Part shown: positions 9,931 to 22,235 of the stretch, in pieces | How positions within the stretch are numbered: the stretch's first letter is position 1 | How the letters are laid out: each line of letters starts with the position of its first letter | Assembly (NCBI RefSeq): GCF_004010195.1 | Contig: NC_057718.1 | Span: forward strand, 8,600,494 to 8,664,493 | DNA from: Chiloscyllium plagiosum | Lineage: Eukaryota | DNA length: 64,000 nt | Direction of reading: 5' to 3' | The notes under the pieces: model-generated | Databases searched by the model: none | Seen by the model: only the letters and a program-made list of their open reading frames with translations | What the model was told of the DNA's origin: nothing | Made by a program: the position numbers and the translations under genes

Positions 9931-11854
9931 TTAAAAATCACACAACACCAGGTTATAGTCCATATTTGGAAGCACTAGCTTTCGGAGCACTGTTTCTTCA
10001 TCAGGTGGTTGTGGAGCACAGAATTTATAGCTAAAGATCACAGTGTCATGTAACTGAAACAATATATTGAACAAGCCGAGATTTTAGAATGGTTTACAGG
10101 TTTCAGTTCATTAATATATAAATCCCAGAACTACTTTTAAGTCACATTCTTGAAATAACTTAAGGTTTTATTAAAAACTGACATCTCAGTTCAGCGAATA
10201 CATTAAAGGTGTGAGGTTAGAGTCTGTTTTCCAAACTTGAGTCAGACTGGTTCTATTTCCAAAGCAGGAATTTATATAATGTTATATGGATTGACTGCCT
10301 TCAGGTTGTGCGCTTTTTGAGCAAAATAGAATGTGTCTGCAAATACAATTCTGCAAATGCAAATTCACCCCATAGACTTATATATGTGGTGCGTGTATGA
10401 GAGCAAGAGAGAGTATGAGTGTGCGCATGTGAGTGTGAGTGCGTGTGAGAGAGTATGTGTTTGTGTGTGTGCGTGCTTGGAAGCATGTGCATGACAGTGA
10501 TGGATTATAAGCCTGTGAGAGGGTGTGCGCGTGGGTATGAGTATTCGGGGTGTATGTGTGTGTATCAGACAGAGCATGTGAATGACAGAGGTGTGTGTGT
10601 GTGTGTGTGTGGTGCAATGGGGTCACCTGTAGTGTGATATGAACCCAAGGTTCCGGTTGAGGCCATCCCCATGGATACCGAACTTGGCTATCAGCCTCTG
10701 CTCGGCCACTCTGCATTGTTGCATGGTGTCCATTCATCTGTTGTCTTCGCGTCTGCTTGGTCTCACCAATGTACCATGCCTTAGGCATCCTTGCCTGCAG
10801 TGTGTGAGACAGACAACATTGACCAAGTCACTGGAGTCCCTGCCGCTACATGGTGGGTGGTGTCCCCTCTCTCATACACAGGTGCTCTCTCAGACATACA
10901 CACATACACCCCTCCCACACACTCACACCCACACACACACCCTCTCACAAGCTTATTCTCCATTATACTCACGCGCACACTCTACCAAGCACATACACAC
11001 ACAAATACACAATCTCTCACGTGCACTTGCACTCATGCGCACACTTACATGCACACACTCACACTGTTGCTCTCTCTCATACACGCGTGCACACATATAC
11101 GTCTATAATAGGTGAATTTGTATTTGCAGAGTTGTTTTTACAGTTACATTCCATTTTGCTCAAAAAGCACACAACCTGCAGGCAGTCAATGCTACAGTCA
11201 GTCCATGTAATATTTTATAAATTCCTACTTTGGAAATAAAACCAGTCTAACTCAAGATTGGGTTACAGACAGACTCTAACCACACACCTTTAATGCATTG
11301 TCTGAGCTGAGATGCCACCTATCTTTAAAAAACCTGAAGTTATCTCGAGAACGTGACTTAAAAGATGTTCTGGGATTTACATGTTAATGAACTGAAACCT
11401 GCAACTCATTCTAAACGATGAAAGACTTAACAGCAACCTAACCTTGTTCAATTTATCATTTCAGCTGCATGACACTGTGATCTTTTGCTGTAAATTCTGA
11501 GTCTTATGGTCCTGCTCCACTAGTTACCTGATGAAGGAGCAGCGCTCTGAAAGCTTATACTTCCAAATAAACCTGTTGGAAACCTGAGGAAAGGCTGAGG
11601 CACTTGGGGTTGTTTTCATTGGAGAAAAGAAGGTTTAGGGGTGACTTGATAGAGGTGTACAAGATGATTAGGGGTTTAGATAGGGTTGACCGTGAGAACC
11701 TTTTTCCACGTATGGAGTCAGCTATTAGGCGCAACATCGAGGGGCGAAGGGCCTGTACTGCGCTGTATTCTTCTATGTTCTATGTTCTATGGACTGTAAC
11801 CTGGTGTCATGAGATTTTTAACTTTGTCCACCCCAGTCCAACACTGACACCTCC
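9931..11854. mobile_element. PLE family B insertion: long inverted arms around a GIY-YIG remnant
   Basis: Arms ~9931-10590 vs ~10868-11822 are inverted; central minus-strand PKAWYIGETKQTRRQQMNGH (GIY-YIG 'YIGET'); perfect 15-bp TSD ACACTGTGGATATAG at 9916-9930 and 11855-11869. Confidence 0.85.
11581..11790 (+). mobile_element. Short, internally deleted CR1 3' fragment nested in the PLE arm
   Basis: GLFSLEKRRFRGDLIEVYKMIRG; (TTCTATG)n tail; the PLE sequence resumes after it. Confidence 0.85.
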
Positions 11855-12017
11855 ACACTGTGGATATAGATAAGGTAAAGTTGCCATAGGCCTAAGAGGA
11901 TCATAGGCCTGCTCTCTCTTTAGTGGCTTAGCATGAGGATCACCATATGACAGATAAGGGGAGAGGTTGAGATACGTAGTCCTTCGTGGTAACCTCAGGT
12001 GGTAGAGGATATGTAAA

Positions 12018-12226
12018 CAAAAACAGAAATTGCTGGAAAAGCTCGACAGGTCTGGCAGCATCTGTGGAGAGAACTCAGAGTTAAGGTTTCGGATCTGAAG
12101 ACCCTTGCTAAAAACTCAGACTGGAACCATTAACTCTGACTTCTCTCCACAGATGCTGCCAGCCCTGCTGACCTCTTCCAGCAACTTCTGTTTTTGTTTC
12201 TGATTTACAGCATCTGCTGTTTTTTT
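12018..12226. mobile_element. PLE family C fold-back element
   Basis: Inverted arms AAAAACAGAAATTGCTGGAA../..TTCCAGCAACTTCTGTTTTTG; flanking direct repeat GT(A/G)GAG(G/C)ATATGTAAA at 12002-12017 and 12227-12242. Confidence 0.7.
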
Positions 12227-12834
12227 GTGGAGCATATGTAAATATTTGTCTGAAGCATAAAGCAGAAATGAAACACTATAAAACAACAATCAAACTTATT
12301 TTGCTGAGCCAGAAGCTGTATCTTCCATCTTTCCATTCCCAAGGTTACTGCATTCAGAGTGATGTGGACAGAACAAAGAATATCGTACAGGCCTTCAGTT
12401 CATCAATAGTTTGAATGGGTGTAGAAGAAGTGTCTGATTATCAATTGTAAGAGCAGCTAATTCATACAAACTACTGGTTGTAGGATTTTGTGAGCGAGAG
12501 AAACATCAGGAGAAAAGGGTTAACAGAGAGAAAAAACAAACAAAAGCAGATGGGAACAGAGATTGAGAAAGAGAGAGAGAGAAAGAAGTAGGTTCACAGG
12601 GACAGCATAGAAAGAAATTGAAAAAGCTTCATAGCATTGCGCTGAGTTTTTCAACACTGCGCAGTCACTGCATTTATCCCTTCACCTGCTATTTCTGATT
12701 CTCGGTCAGGAGATCAAATAAACCCATGCCTTCTTCAACCTGAAGAGTGGTGAGACCAATCTGCAAGTTGCTTGGATCTACTCAATGGAGGAGTGGTCAT
12801 CTGAACTTGGGAATTCCAAGTGGGAAAGAAGATA

Positions 12835-14910
12835 GTTTATTATAAACAGCTATTTGAAGGGAAGTCCACATTTGTGATGTGAGAGGCTTTCAAAGATAGG
12901 TTTAAGATAGTGCAGGATAGGCATGTCCCATTGAAGGCAAAGAATAGGAAGGGCAAGATTCGTGAACTGTGGATGACAGGAGAAATCGTACAACTAGCCA
13001 AGAGGGAAAGGGAAGCGTACATAAGGTCTTGGCAGCTGAGGACAGAACGGGCCCTGGAGGAATATCAGAAGAGTAGGACAAGACTTAAACAAGGAATCAA
13101 GCGGGCTAAAAGGGGTCAGGAAATAGCTTTAGCGAGCAGAATTAAGGAGAATCCCAAAGCATTTTATTCTTATATAAGAAGCAAGCGGGTAACTAGAGAA
13201 AGGATTGGTCCACTAAAGGATAATGAAGGTTGGCTGTGTGCCGAACCTGAGAGAATGGGTGAGATTCTGAATGATTACTTTGCATCAATGTTCACTGAGG
13301 AGAGGGACATGATGAATCTTGAGATTATAGATAGAAGTTTGATTAGTCTGGATCACGTTGGCATAAGTAGGGAAGATGTGTCGGATATGCTAGAGGTTAT
13401 TAAGGTGGACAAAACCCCAGGACCAGATGGGATCTACCCTAGGTTGCTGAGGGAGGTGAGAGAAGAAATAGCTGGGGCCCTGACAGATATCTTTGTGGTG
13501 TCCTTAAATACAGGTGCCGGAGGAAGGTTGCTCATATTGTCCCCCTGTACAAGAAGGGTAGTAGAGATATTCTGGGTAACTACAGACCAGTGAGCCTAAC
13601 ATCGCTGGTGGGGAAGTTGCTGGAGAGGGTACTGAGAGATAGGATCTATTTATATTTGGAAAGGAATGAGCTTATCAATAGACAACATGGTTTTGTGCGG
13701 GGGAGATCGTGCCTTACCAACGTGATAGAGTTCTTCAAGGAAGTGACCAAGTTGTTAGATGAAGGAAGGGCTATTGATGTCATATAATGGACTTTAATAA
13801 GGCGTTTGATAAGGTTCCCCATTGTAGACTAATGGAGAAAGTGAAGTCACATGGTGTTTAGGGTTTTCTAGCTAGGTGGATAAAGAACTGGTTGAGTAAC
13901 AGGAGACAGAGAGTAGTAGTTGAAGGTAATTTCTCGAAATGGAGAAAGGTGTTCCACAGGGGTCAGTATTGGGGCCACTGTTGTTTGTAATATACATAAA
14001 TGATCTGGAAGAGGGCACTGTTGGTATGATCAGCAGGTTTGCAGATGACACGAAGATTGGTGGAGTGGCAGAAAGCATAGGGGACTGTCAGAGAACACAG
14101 GAGGATATACATAAACTGGAGACTTGGGCGGAAAAGTGGCAGATGGCGTTTCAATCCAGACAAATGTGAGGTGATGCATTTAAGCAAGTCTAATTCTAGA
14201 GCAAATTATACAATGAATAGAAGAGCCTTGAGAAAAGTTGATGGGCAGAGAGATCTGGGAGTGCAGGTCCATTGTACCCTGAAGGTTGCTGAACACGTAG
14301 ATAGAGTGGTCAAGAAGGCATATAATATGCTTGCCTTCATCGGATGGTGTATTGAGTATAAGAGCTGGCAGGTCATGTTAACATTGTACAAGACATTGGT
14401 TCAGCCGCATTTAGACTGCTATGTACAGTTCTGGTCGCCACGTTACCAAAAGGTTGTGGACGCTTTGGAGAAGGTGCAGAGAAGGTTTAGGAGGTTTATT
14501 TTCACTCGAAAGAAGGAGATTGAGGGGGGACCTGATTGAGGTTTGCAAAATCATGAAGGGTATAGACAGGGTGAATAGAGACAAGCTTTTTCCCAGGGTG
14601 AAGGATTCAATAACGAGAGGTCATGCTTTCAAGGTGAGAGGTGGAAAGTTTAAGGGGGATACAAGCAGTAAGTATTTCACACAGAGGGTGATGGGTGTTT
14701 GGAACATGTTGCCAGCAGAGGTGGGAGAGGCAGGCATGGTAGATTAATTTAAGATGCGTCTGGCCAGATGCATGAGTCGGTAGAGATCAGAGGGATACAG
14801 ATGCTTAGGAATTGACCGACAGGTTTAGACAGTAGATTTGGATCGGCTCATGCTTGGAGGGCCGAAGGGTCTGTTCCTGGGCTGTAAATCTTTTTGTTCT
14901 TTGTTCTTTA
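12835..14910 (+). mobile_element. CR1-type LINE, 5'-truncated ORF2 (linker plus RT) to 3' tail
   Basis: ORFs 12910-13593 (IKENPKAFYSYI, DKTPGPDGIYPRLL), 13590-13787 (QHGFVRGRSCLTN), 13939-14169 (GVPQGSVLGP, FADDTK); tail near 14890-14910; frameshifted, so non-functional. Confidence 0.95.
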
Positions 14911-14974
14911 TAAAGTATTGATGGCACAGAAATGGGTCATTCAGCCAAAGGAGTCATGTTGGGTTTTCTTTTCT

Positions 14975-15320
14975 TTATACATTCACAGGATGAGGGCATC
15001 ACTGGATGGGCAGCATTTATTGCCCATCTCTAATTGCTCAGAGGGCAGTTAAGAGTCGACCACATTGCCGTGGGTCTGGAGTCACATGTAGGCCAGACCA
15101 GGTAAGGATGGCAGTTTCCTTCCCACAAGGGCATTAGTGAACCAGATGGATTTTTCCGACAATTGACAATGGATTCATGATCATCATTAGATTTGTAATT
15201 CCAGATACTTATTGAGTTCAAATTCTACCACCTGCCATGATGGGATTTGAACCTAAGCCTGTAGGACATTATCTGGATCAACAATCCATCAATAATACCA
15301 TTAGGTCATTGCCTTCCCTG
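14975..15320 (-). mobile_element. tRNA-headed SINE sharing its 3' end with the old CR1-like LINE; other copies at ~16600-16920(+), 35520-35810(-), 35915-36010(-), 36225-36300(-), 37460-37640(-)
   Basis: CAGCATTTATTGCCCATC..GGTCTGGAGTCACATGTAGGCCAGACC..TTAGTGAACCAGATGG; the 3' end matches 49905-49980. Confidence 0.7.
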
Positions 15321-15527
15321 TGATCCACAAGAGTCTCCTTCCATTTCAAACTTGTTCTCACTAAGTTTACAACTGGAAACAGCAAGTGGGACCTGACAGA
15401 AAGAAAGCAAGCTTGAAATTCCTGAGTCTGACTGGCTGACTGAGGAAGTCAAGATCAGTGACAAAAATTAAAGTCACCATAAGTCCTCACAGGACTAGAG
15501 GGCGGCTATCTCATTTGAGAAGGAACA

Positions 15528-15812
15528 ACTCACAGCGCCTGAGACCCGGGTTCAATTCCCGCCTCAGGCGACTGACTGTGTGGAGTTTGCAAGTTCTCCC
15601 TGTGTCTGCGTGGGTTTCCTCCGGGTGCTCCGGTTTCCTCCCACAGTCCAAAGATGTGCAGGTCAGGTGAATTGGCCATGCTAAATTGCCCGTAGTGTTA
15701 GGTAAGGGGTAAATGTAGGGGCATGGGTGGGTTGCGCTTCGGCGGGTCGGTGTGGACTTGTTGGGCCGAAGGGCCTGTTTCCACACTGTAATGTAATCTA
15801 ATCTAATCTAAA
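15528..15812 (+). mobile_element. HE1-type V-SINE (5'-truncated)
   Basis: B-box GGTTCAATTCC, V-domain TGTGTGGAGTTTGCA..GGGTTTCCTCCGGGTGCTCCGGTTTCCTCCCACAGTCCAAAG, (AATCT)n tail. Confidence 0.9.
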
Positions 15813-15947
15813 CTGATGGGAAGTTTAACTTGAGGGTCACCATGTCTCAGGTGAGGAGAGACGTTGAGATGAAAAGGCCTATACAGTCACCTCAGTCAGT
15901 GTGAGAACTGAACCCATGCTGTTGGTATATTACTGCATGCAAACCAG

Positions 15948-16118
15948 GTCAGGCAGCATCCGAGGAGCAGGAGAATCGATGTGTCGGGCATAAGCCCTTC
16001 ATCAGGAATATGCCTGAAACATCGACTCTCTTGCTCCTCGGATGCTGCCTGACCTGCTGTGCTTTTCCATCACCACACTCTCAACTCTATCTCCAGCATC
16101 TGCAGTCCTCACTTTCTC
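15948..16118. mobile_element. PLE family A fold-back element
   Basis: Inverted arms meeting near 16008; flanking repeat CTGCAT(G/A)CAA(A/C)CCAG at 15933-15947 and 16119-16133. Confidence 0.75.
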
Positions 16119-17009
16119 CTGCATACAACCCAGCCATGCCTGGACTAGTGAAAATTGCTTTTGAAATTGGTTTTGAGATGAAAGGGAACAGAAAGTCTTG
16201 TGTGCATGATCAGTTTCTGGTAATAAATGTGGGCCTCAGAAAGACTCAGGTTTCTCTTCATATAATACATTTTATTACAACTACAAAATGGACAACAAGG
16301 AGCTGTATTAGGAAATGCAATTCATATCAGGACCTGGAAAGTTTTTTCAATTTTCACATAATAAATTGACTGGGAGGGGAGATGTAAGCAAACAGGCTCA
16401 ATTAATTTCTTCAAAAATGGCTGATAGTAGATTTTGTCAAAATCAGGTTCAGCAATATATTGTGAATGGACGGATTCAAAAAACATCATCATTCATTTTT
16501 TTTCCATTATTGATGTTAGCACAAAGAGCATGGAGAGACAAGCAGACAAGAAAATTAATAATTTCAACATGTGGAACCTTAAATTCATTCTAAGGTTAAT
16601 CTGGGTGGCAAGGGGAGAAGGTTGCCATGTTTCTGGATATGTATTCCATTTGCCCAAGCTACTGCTCTGGGTACATGAGTTCAAAACACTCCAAAGGGCC
16701 TTCTGCCAAATTCCAGTTGGAATTGAAAGCAAATCTCAGTAATAGTGATCATAACAATTGTTGTTGATAGTCTTTTAAAGGAACTCAGGAAATCTGCCAC
16801 CCTTACCCAGTCTGACCTAGATGTGACTCCAGACCCAACAGCAAAGTAGTTGATTCCTAACTACCTTCTGAAATGGGCTGGCAAACCATTCAGTTCAAGG
16901 ACAAACAGGAATGAACTACAAATGAATTAACCAAAACAAACTGACCCGGGGCAGAGAGAAAGTAATTGTCTAGTTAATTGTGTTTAGCTTATTCAGTTTA
17001 ATTTCTTAC

Positions 17010-17430
17010 CAAACGTATAAGACGATATGGACTAGGAGCTGGAGTAGGCCATTCAGCCCCTCAAGCCGGTCCCGCCATGTAATACGATCATGGCTGATCT
17101 CATCTCAGCTTCAACCACACTTTCTAGCCTGCACTCCATACCCTTGCAATCCGTTACTAATTAAAAATCTGTCTCCTTCTTAAATTTATTCAGAATCCTG
17201 CGGTTCATCACACTCTTGGGGGAGTGAATTCCTCAAATGCTGTTTGAGATAAGTCATTGCTCCTCATCTCTGCCACCCATTAGCCCTAGACAATGACCTC
17301 TCAGTTTAGATTGCCCCACATTAGGAAAGATCCTGTGTTACATTCATTTTGTCCATCCCCTTTAACATCTGATATAACTCCAATAGATCCCCTCTCACGC
17401 TTCTCAACTCCAGACAGCATACATCAAAGG
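17010..17430 (-). mobile_element. Decayed CR1 3' fragment
   Basis: GGAGTAGGCCATTCAGCCCC..ATCATGGCTGATC 3'UTR motif and decayed ORF2 end. Confidence 0.7.
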
Positions 17431-18404
17431 TTTATGTTTTACGAAGGATTTAGCTCTCCTGAGGAAGGGTTGCATCCAAAACATTGACTTCTCCACCTCC
17501 TAATGCTGCCTGGCTTGCTGTGTTCTTCCAGCCTCCTGCTAGTCCATTTTCACCAAAGCAAAACACAGCTTTGAAATATGACTTTTTGTCATTTTCTACC
17601 CAATGTGATGAGACCCTTGGACAGCAAGACCACAGAAGCGAAAGGCTGTTTCCCATCAAAAATCGGTGGTCTTGTTTATCAGTGATAAAACAGCCCGTGC
17701 CTTTTAGGAAGATACATTAATTCGAAACGCCTTGTAGTCTTTGCAATTTGATTATGCTTTTTCACACAGATTTCTGTACTTTAATTAAACTAGCGGTACT
17801 CCTGGTTTGAACAGCCTCTACAAATCTCATCCACAAGTTTTAATTAAAATGATATTATTGTTTCTTACAAACTGTCAGTCTGAAATGTTTAAATGCTCAA
17901 TCCCACGTCAGGAGTGATCTCCACTGTCGTGAGCACAAAGTCTTACTGAAGAACAGCAAAAATGCTGCAATTAAAATGTAGCAGAAGATTTTCCATAGAT
18001 GTGTTAATTTAGAGGTTATTACACTGGACTCACAGTAAGAGGCTGTGAGTTTAAATACTACCATGGAAAAGGATTAAAATTGAATGCAAGAACTGTGGTC
18101 ATGTTGTGATTTGAAATGTGCTGCTGGAAAGGCTACTAGAAGCAATTTGAATAGTAATTTTCAGAAAAGAAATGAGGTAAGTAATAGAAAAGATGCAACT
18201 TCCATGGCCACGAAGCTGGAAGAGGGGAGTTGGACTAATTGGAAACTCTCTTACAGGTTCCGTGTTTTGAATGCCTTCTTTATGAGCTGAGTACAGGAAG
18301 AAAGGTTTTTCAAGTTACCAGATTGTTGTAAAAATCCAAATTTGACGGGAGACAGCCACTTTTGTATTCCAATTACTAGGCTCTCAAAATAACCATCCTA
18401 CTCA

Positions 18405-18722
18405 TAGAATCCCTACAGTGTGGAAGCAGGCTATTCAGCCCATCAAGTCCACCTCAACCCTCCAACGACCATCCCAACCAGATCCACCCCATCCCTGCAA
18501 CACTGCATTTCCCATGGCTGACCTGCATATTCCTGAACACTATGGGCAATTTAGCGCAGCTAATCTGCCTAACCTGCACATCTTTGGACTTTGGGAGGAA
18601 ACCCACACAGATACAGGGAGAATGTGCAAACTCCACACAGACGGTTACCTGAGCCTGGAATCGAGCCCAGATCGCTGGCACTGTGAGGCAGCAGTGCTCA
18701 CTACTGAGCCACCATGCCACCC
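18405..18722 (-). mobile_element. HE1-type V-SINE
   Basis: Reverse of the tRNA head (GGCATGGTGGCTCAGTAGTGAGCACTGCTGCCTCACAG) and V-domain. Confidence 0.85.
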
Positions 18723-19314
18723 TGCACTGATCTTGTTTACGGTCATGTTGTGTATTATCTCAAGGTTATTATGTATTCTGATCAAAAGCATGTTCATAAT
18801 ATCAGCATTGTGCATATGACCTAAAAGTATGAAAATTTCTGACACCATCCTCTAGAAATCACATGGCACATGACACTCTACTAGAAGCCTACTCTTTTGC
18901 TGTAATTGAGTAGCCTGATACTAGTGAATATAATAACTGTGAGCAATATCTTAGTGTAATCAAATAGCCTAATCTTAGACCAGACACTTATGTGTCTGTG
19001 AATGTAATCATTATAATATATTCGTTAGATGTATTAAGTATGTACTGGATCCTTTAATACCATAACATCCATGGTCTAGTTTCTTATAAAGGAAAACATA
19101 AACAGTGCCATATCAGGGTAAAATTCTCCACTAAAGGCAAACTCATAGTCAGATAGGGGTCTCCCAGGCAGACTGTATCCTCGTAGATGTAAAAGAAATC
19201 CAGGAGTGGCCACAATTGCGATGGTTTATTTTGGAAGGCACCAAACACACTGAAAACTCACTGAGATGAAGTCGAGGTGTCAGAGGAAGCCCACAAGCCT
19301 CCAAATATACACAT

Positions 19315-19540
19315 AGTGTCAGAGAGTCAAACAGCACAGAAACAGACCCTTCGGTCCAACCTGCCTGGCCCATATCCCTCCAAATCTTTCCTATACATAT
19401 ACTTATCTAAGTGTCTATTAAATGCTGTGTTCCTCAGGAAGTTCATTCCACACGTGAACCGCCCTCCGTGTAAAACCTCTCAACCTCCTACACTCAAATG
19501 AAAAAAGGCCCAGTCTATCCTGCCTTTATTTATAACTCAT
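19315..19540 (-). mobile_element. CR1 3' fragment, internally deleted
   Basis: CAGCACAGAAACAGACCCTTCGGTCCAAC..CCCATATCCCTCCAAA 3'UTR motif. Confidence 0.7.
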
Positions 19541-19649
19541 CCGGCTGACCTCTCCCACAGACCACGAGCCGCTGCAGACGATGCAGGCGTTGCTTTAACA
19601 AGCCAATCCAAACCCATTGAACCGAAGTAACTTATCCTCAATCCTGAAG

Positions 19650-19765
19650 TTAAAAATCACACAACACCAGGTTATCGCCCAACAGGTTTATCTGGAAGCA
19701 CCATCTTCCTGGTTTAATGTGATTTTTAACTTTGTACACCCCAGTCCAACACTGGCACATTCAAA
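19650..19765. mobile_element. PLE family B mini fold-back
   Basis: TTAAAAATCACA../..TGTGATTTTTAA inverted ends; flanking repeat TC(A/G)AT(C/T)CTGAAG at 19638-19649 and 19766-19777. Confidence 0.7.
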
Positions 19766-20269
19766 TCGATTCTGAAGGGAATGCCTTGGAAGAGATAATG
19801 GATAACACGCGTGCCAGAATTTTGTCAATGGCAGTTTCCTGCTCCCCTGGAGACCCTCATTCACAAAGCCAGTACCTGTGCAAACTGCAGCACTCCCTCA
19901 TTCACAGCACTGACTGAGATTTATTTACACGGGTAACCAAGCGAATTATCCAGAGGTCACGGGAGCCCAAGACATGAGCTGAAATTATTCATGCAGCTGT
20001 ATATAACCTGTGCAATGAAGCTGGTGTCAGCTGTGTTAAAAGACAGTATTTTCTTCCTGTCCCCAAACAAAGCATTATTTCAGTAAACCACTGATTGTAG
20101 GAAAGACAGACAGCCAGTTAATAATAATAACAGATCCATTACCGGGCTTAAAAGGTGCTTCCATTACTCCACATACAGTCATTAAAGTCAAGTCGGAAAC
20201 TGGAATGGGAATGAATTTGGCTTTAGCTGCTACACAAATCAATTTCTCAAATGCTGGGCCAGAAGAGTA

Positions 20270-20825
20270 ACACACTAGATCTTGCTGCAGAAACTCAGCA
20301 GGTCTGGCAGGATCTGTGGAGAGAGAAAGCAGAGTTACCGTTTCAAGTCCAGTGACCCTTTGAAACACTAACTTTGTTGCTGTCTCCACAGATGCTACCA
20401 ACCTGCTGAATTTCACCAACAATTTCTGTTTTGTATGTTTCAGATCTCCAGCAACTTGGAGTAAATGAGGACTGCAGATGCCGGAGAGTCAGAGTAGAGA
20501 TAGAGTAGTGCTGGAAAAACACAGCAGGTTGGGCAACATCCGAGGAGCAGGAGAATCAACGTTTCGGGCAGGAGCCTTCTCCGGGACTGGGGAGTGGGAA
20601 GGGGGCTGAGAGATAAATATGGGGAGGTGGGGCTAGGTGAAAGGTCGGCGGGATGGTAAGAAGTGGGCAAAGGTAGGAGATGATGGTGATAGGTTAGTGG
20701 GAAGTGTGGTGCGGATAAGTAGGAAGGAAGACGGACAGGTAGGTCAGGTGAAGAGGGCAGATTTGAGTCAGAGGGTTGCGTTATCTAATCAGATCTCCAG
20801 CATCCACAGCTCTTTGTTTCACTAT
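20270..20825. mobile_element. PLE family C fold-back with a nested family A fragment (20454-20788)
   Basis: The nested insert is flanked by an exact 14-bp repeat TCAGATCTCCAGCA at 20440-20453 and 20789-20802. Confidence 0.75.
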
Positions 20826-21782
20826 TATGGAGCAGACCATGTTGGAGCAGCCATCTCAAGGCATCGGGCTTTAGCTAGATGTTTTACTAAGCACTTGCTT
20901 TCAAATATTTTTTCATTTGGAATTGTGGGCTGATAACAGAGTGGTGAGGGCAAATGGAGGATCCAAGCCTCAGTGAATGAAGAGACCAGTGGTGAGTCTT
21001 CTTAATATTCCTGCATTAATGCAATGACTACACTTACACAGTGTTTTCTTCAAGTCTTTTGAGATCAGGAAAGGTGCTAAATGAATGCAATTCTTTCTTT
21101 TCCAGGACTGAAGGTTAAAAATAAAGCCAGAGAGGCTCCGAATGGGAAGAGTCAAATATGATACAGAGAGAAATATAAAGGGAGGGAAAGGAAGATTGAA
21201 TTCAGCATCAATAAAAGAAAAGAAAGTCAAAAACGATTTGCGTATACATTCTGCCAATTATAAAAAGTTTAAAAAACAATGTAACAAATGAATTCATGAG
21301 ACTCCACAATTTATATTATTCAGTTTCAGTTTCTGTGTTGTTAATTGACATTGTACAGACAATTAATATGGCATTAATGCTGTCAATTCTCAGATTCAAC
21401 TCGTTGGCAAGTGTAATGAATAACTGATGTGTGAATTCAGCAAGATCTGAAATATAATGGATAAGCTAAGTATGAGATGTAAGGGAGATTTGGGGATGGT
21501 TAGCTCTATTGGTCGGATGAGCTGGTTTACAATACAGTGTGATATTAACAGCACGAGTTCAATTCTCCACTGACTGAGATCGCTAAGGAGATCCCAACCT
21601 TACCTGAGAGGTAGTGGTCTTTAGGCTAAACCACTGTCGGTCATCTCCTACTCATGAGAGTCTGGGACTGAGGGGAGTTGACTTCAATAAAATGACCAGC
21701 CAGTTCTATTAACATATAATTACGACATGCAATGCATGAGTGTGGTTGCCAAGTTTACTCGAGGTGAGCCAACATCAATTCC

Positions 21783-22235
21783 CAGTCTTGGGGAAGCCCA
21801 GCACAGACTCCTGGTCATTAGGAAGCCCAGCACAGACTCCTGGTCTTGGGGAAGCCCAGCGCAGACTCCTGGTCTTGAGGAAGCCCAACGCAGACTCCTG
21901 GACTTGAGGAAGCCCAGCACAGACTCCTGGTCTTGGGGAAGCCCAGCGCAGACTCCTGGTCTTGGGGAAGCCCAGCGCAGACTCCTGGTCTTGAGGAAGC
22001 TGAGCGCAGGCTCCTGGTCTTGAGGAAGCCCAGCACAGACTCCTGGTCTTGGGGAAGCCCAGCACAGACTCCTAGTCTTGAGGAAGCCCAGCACAGACTC
22101 CTGGTCTTGAGGAAGCCCAGCACAGACTCCTGGTCTTGGGGAAGCCCAGCACAGACTCCTGGTCTTGGGGAAGCCCAGCACAGACTCCTGGTCTTGAGGA
22201 AGCCCAGCACAGACTCCTGGTTTTGAGGAAGCCCA
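21783..22235. repeat. 29-bp minisatellite, ~15.5 copies, consensus GGAAGCCCAGCACAGACTCCTGGTCTTG(A/G)
   Basis: Units start at 21792, 21821 ... 22227 (period 29); no spacers. Confidence 0.97.

Noticed and set aside
10301..11239. His/Thr-rich and Cys/Val-rich ORFs (also 28636-29134 and 39687-39949)
   Set aside because: Translations of (CA)n/(TG)n tracts inside PLE family B.
12910..13593. 227-aa ORF as a functional CDS
   Set aside because: It is a CR1 ORF2 linker fragment within a 5'-truncated, frameshifted copy.
21783..22235. CRISPR array or repetitive protein (ORFs 21720-22249)
   Set aside because: Head-to-tail 29-bp units with no unique spacers, no cas genes and a eukaryotic context; the ORFs are by-products of the tandem repeat.
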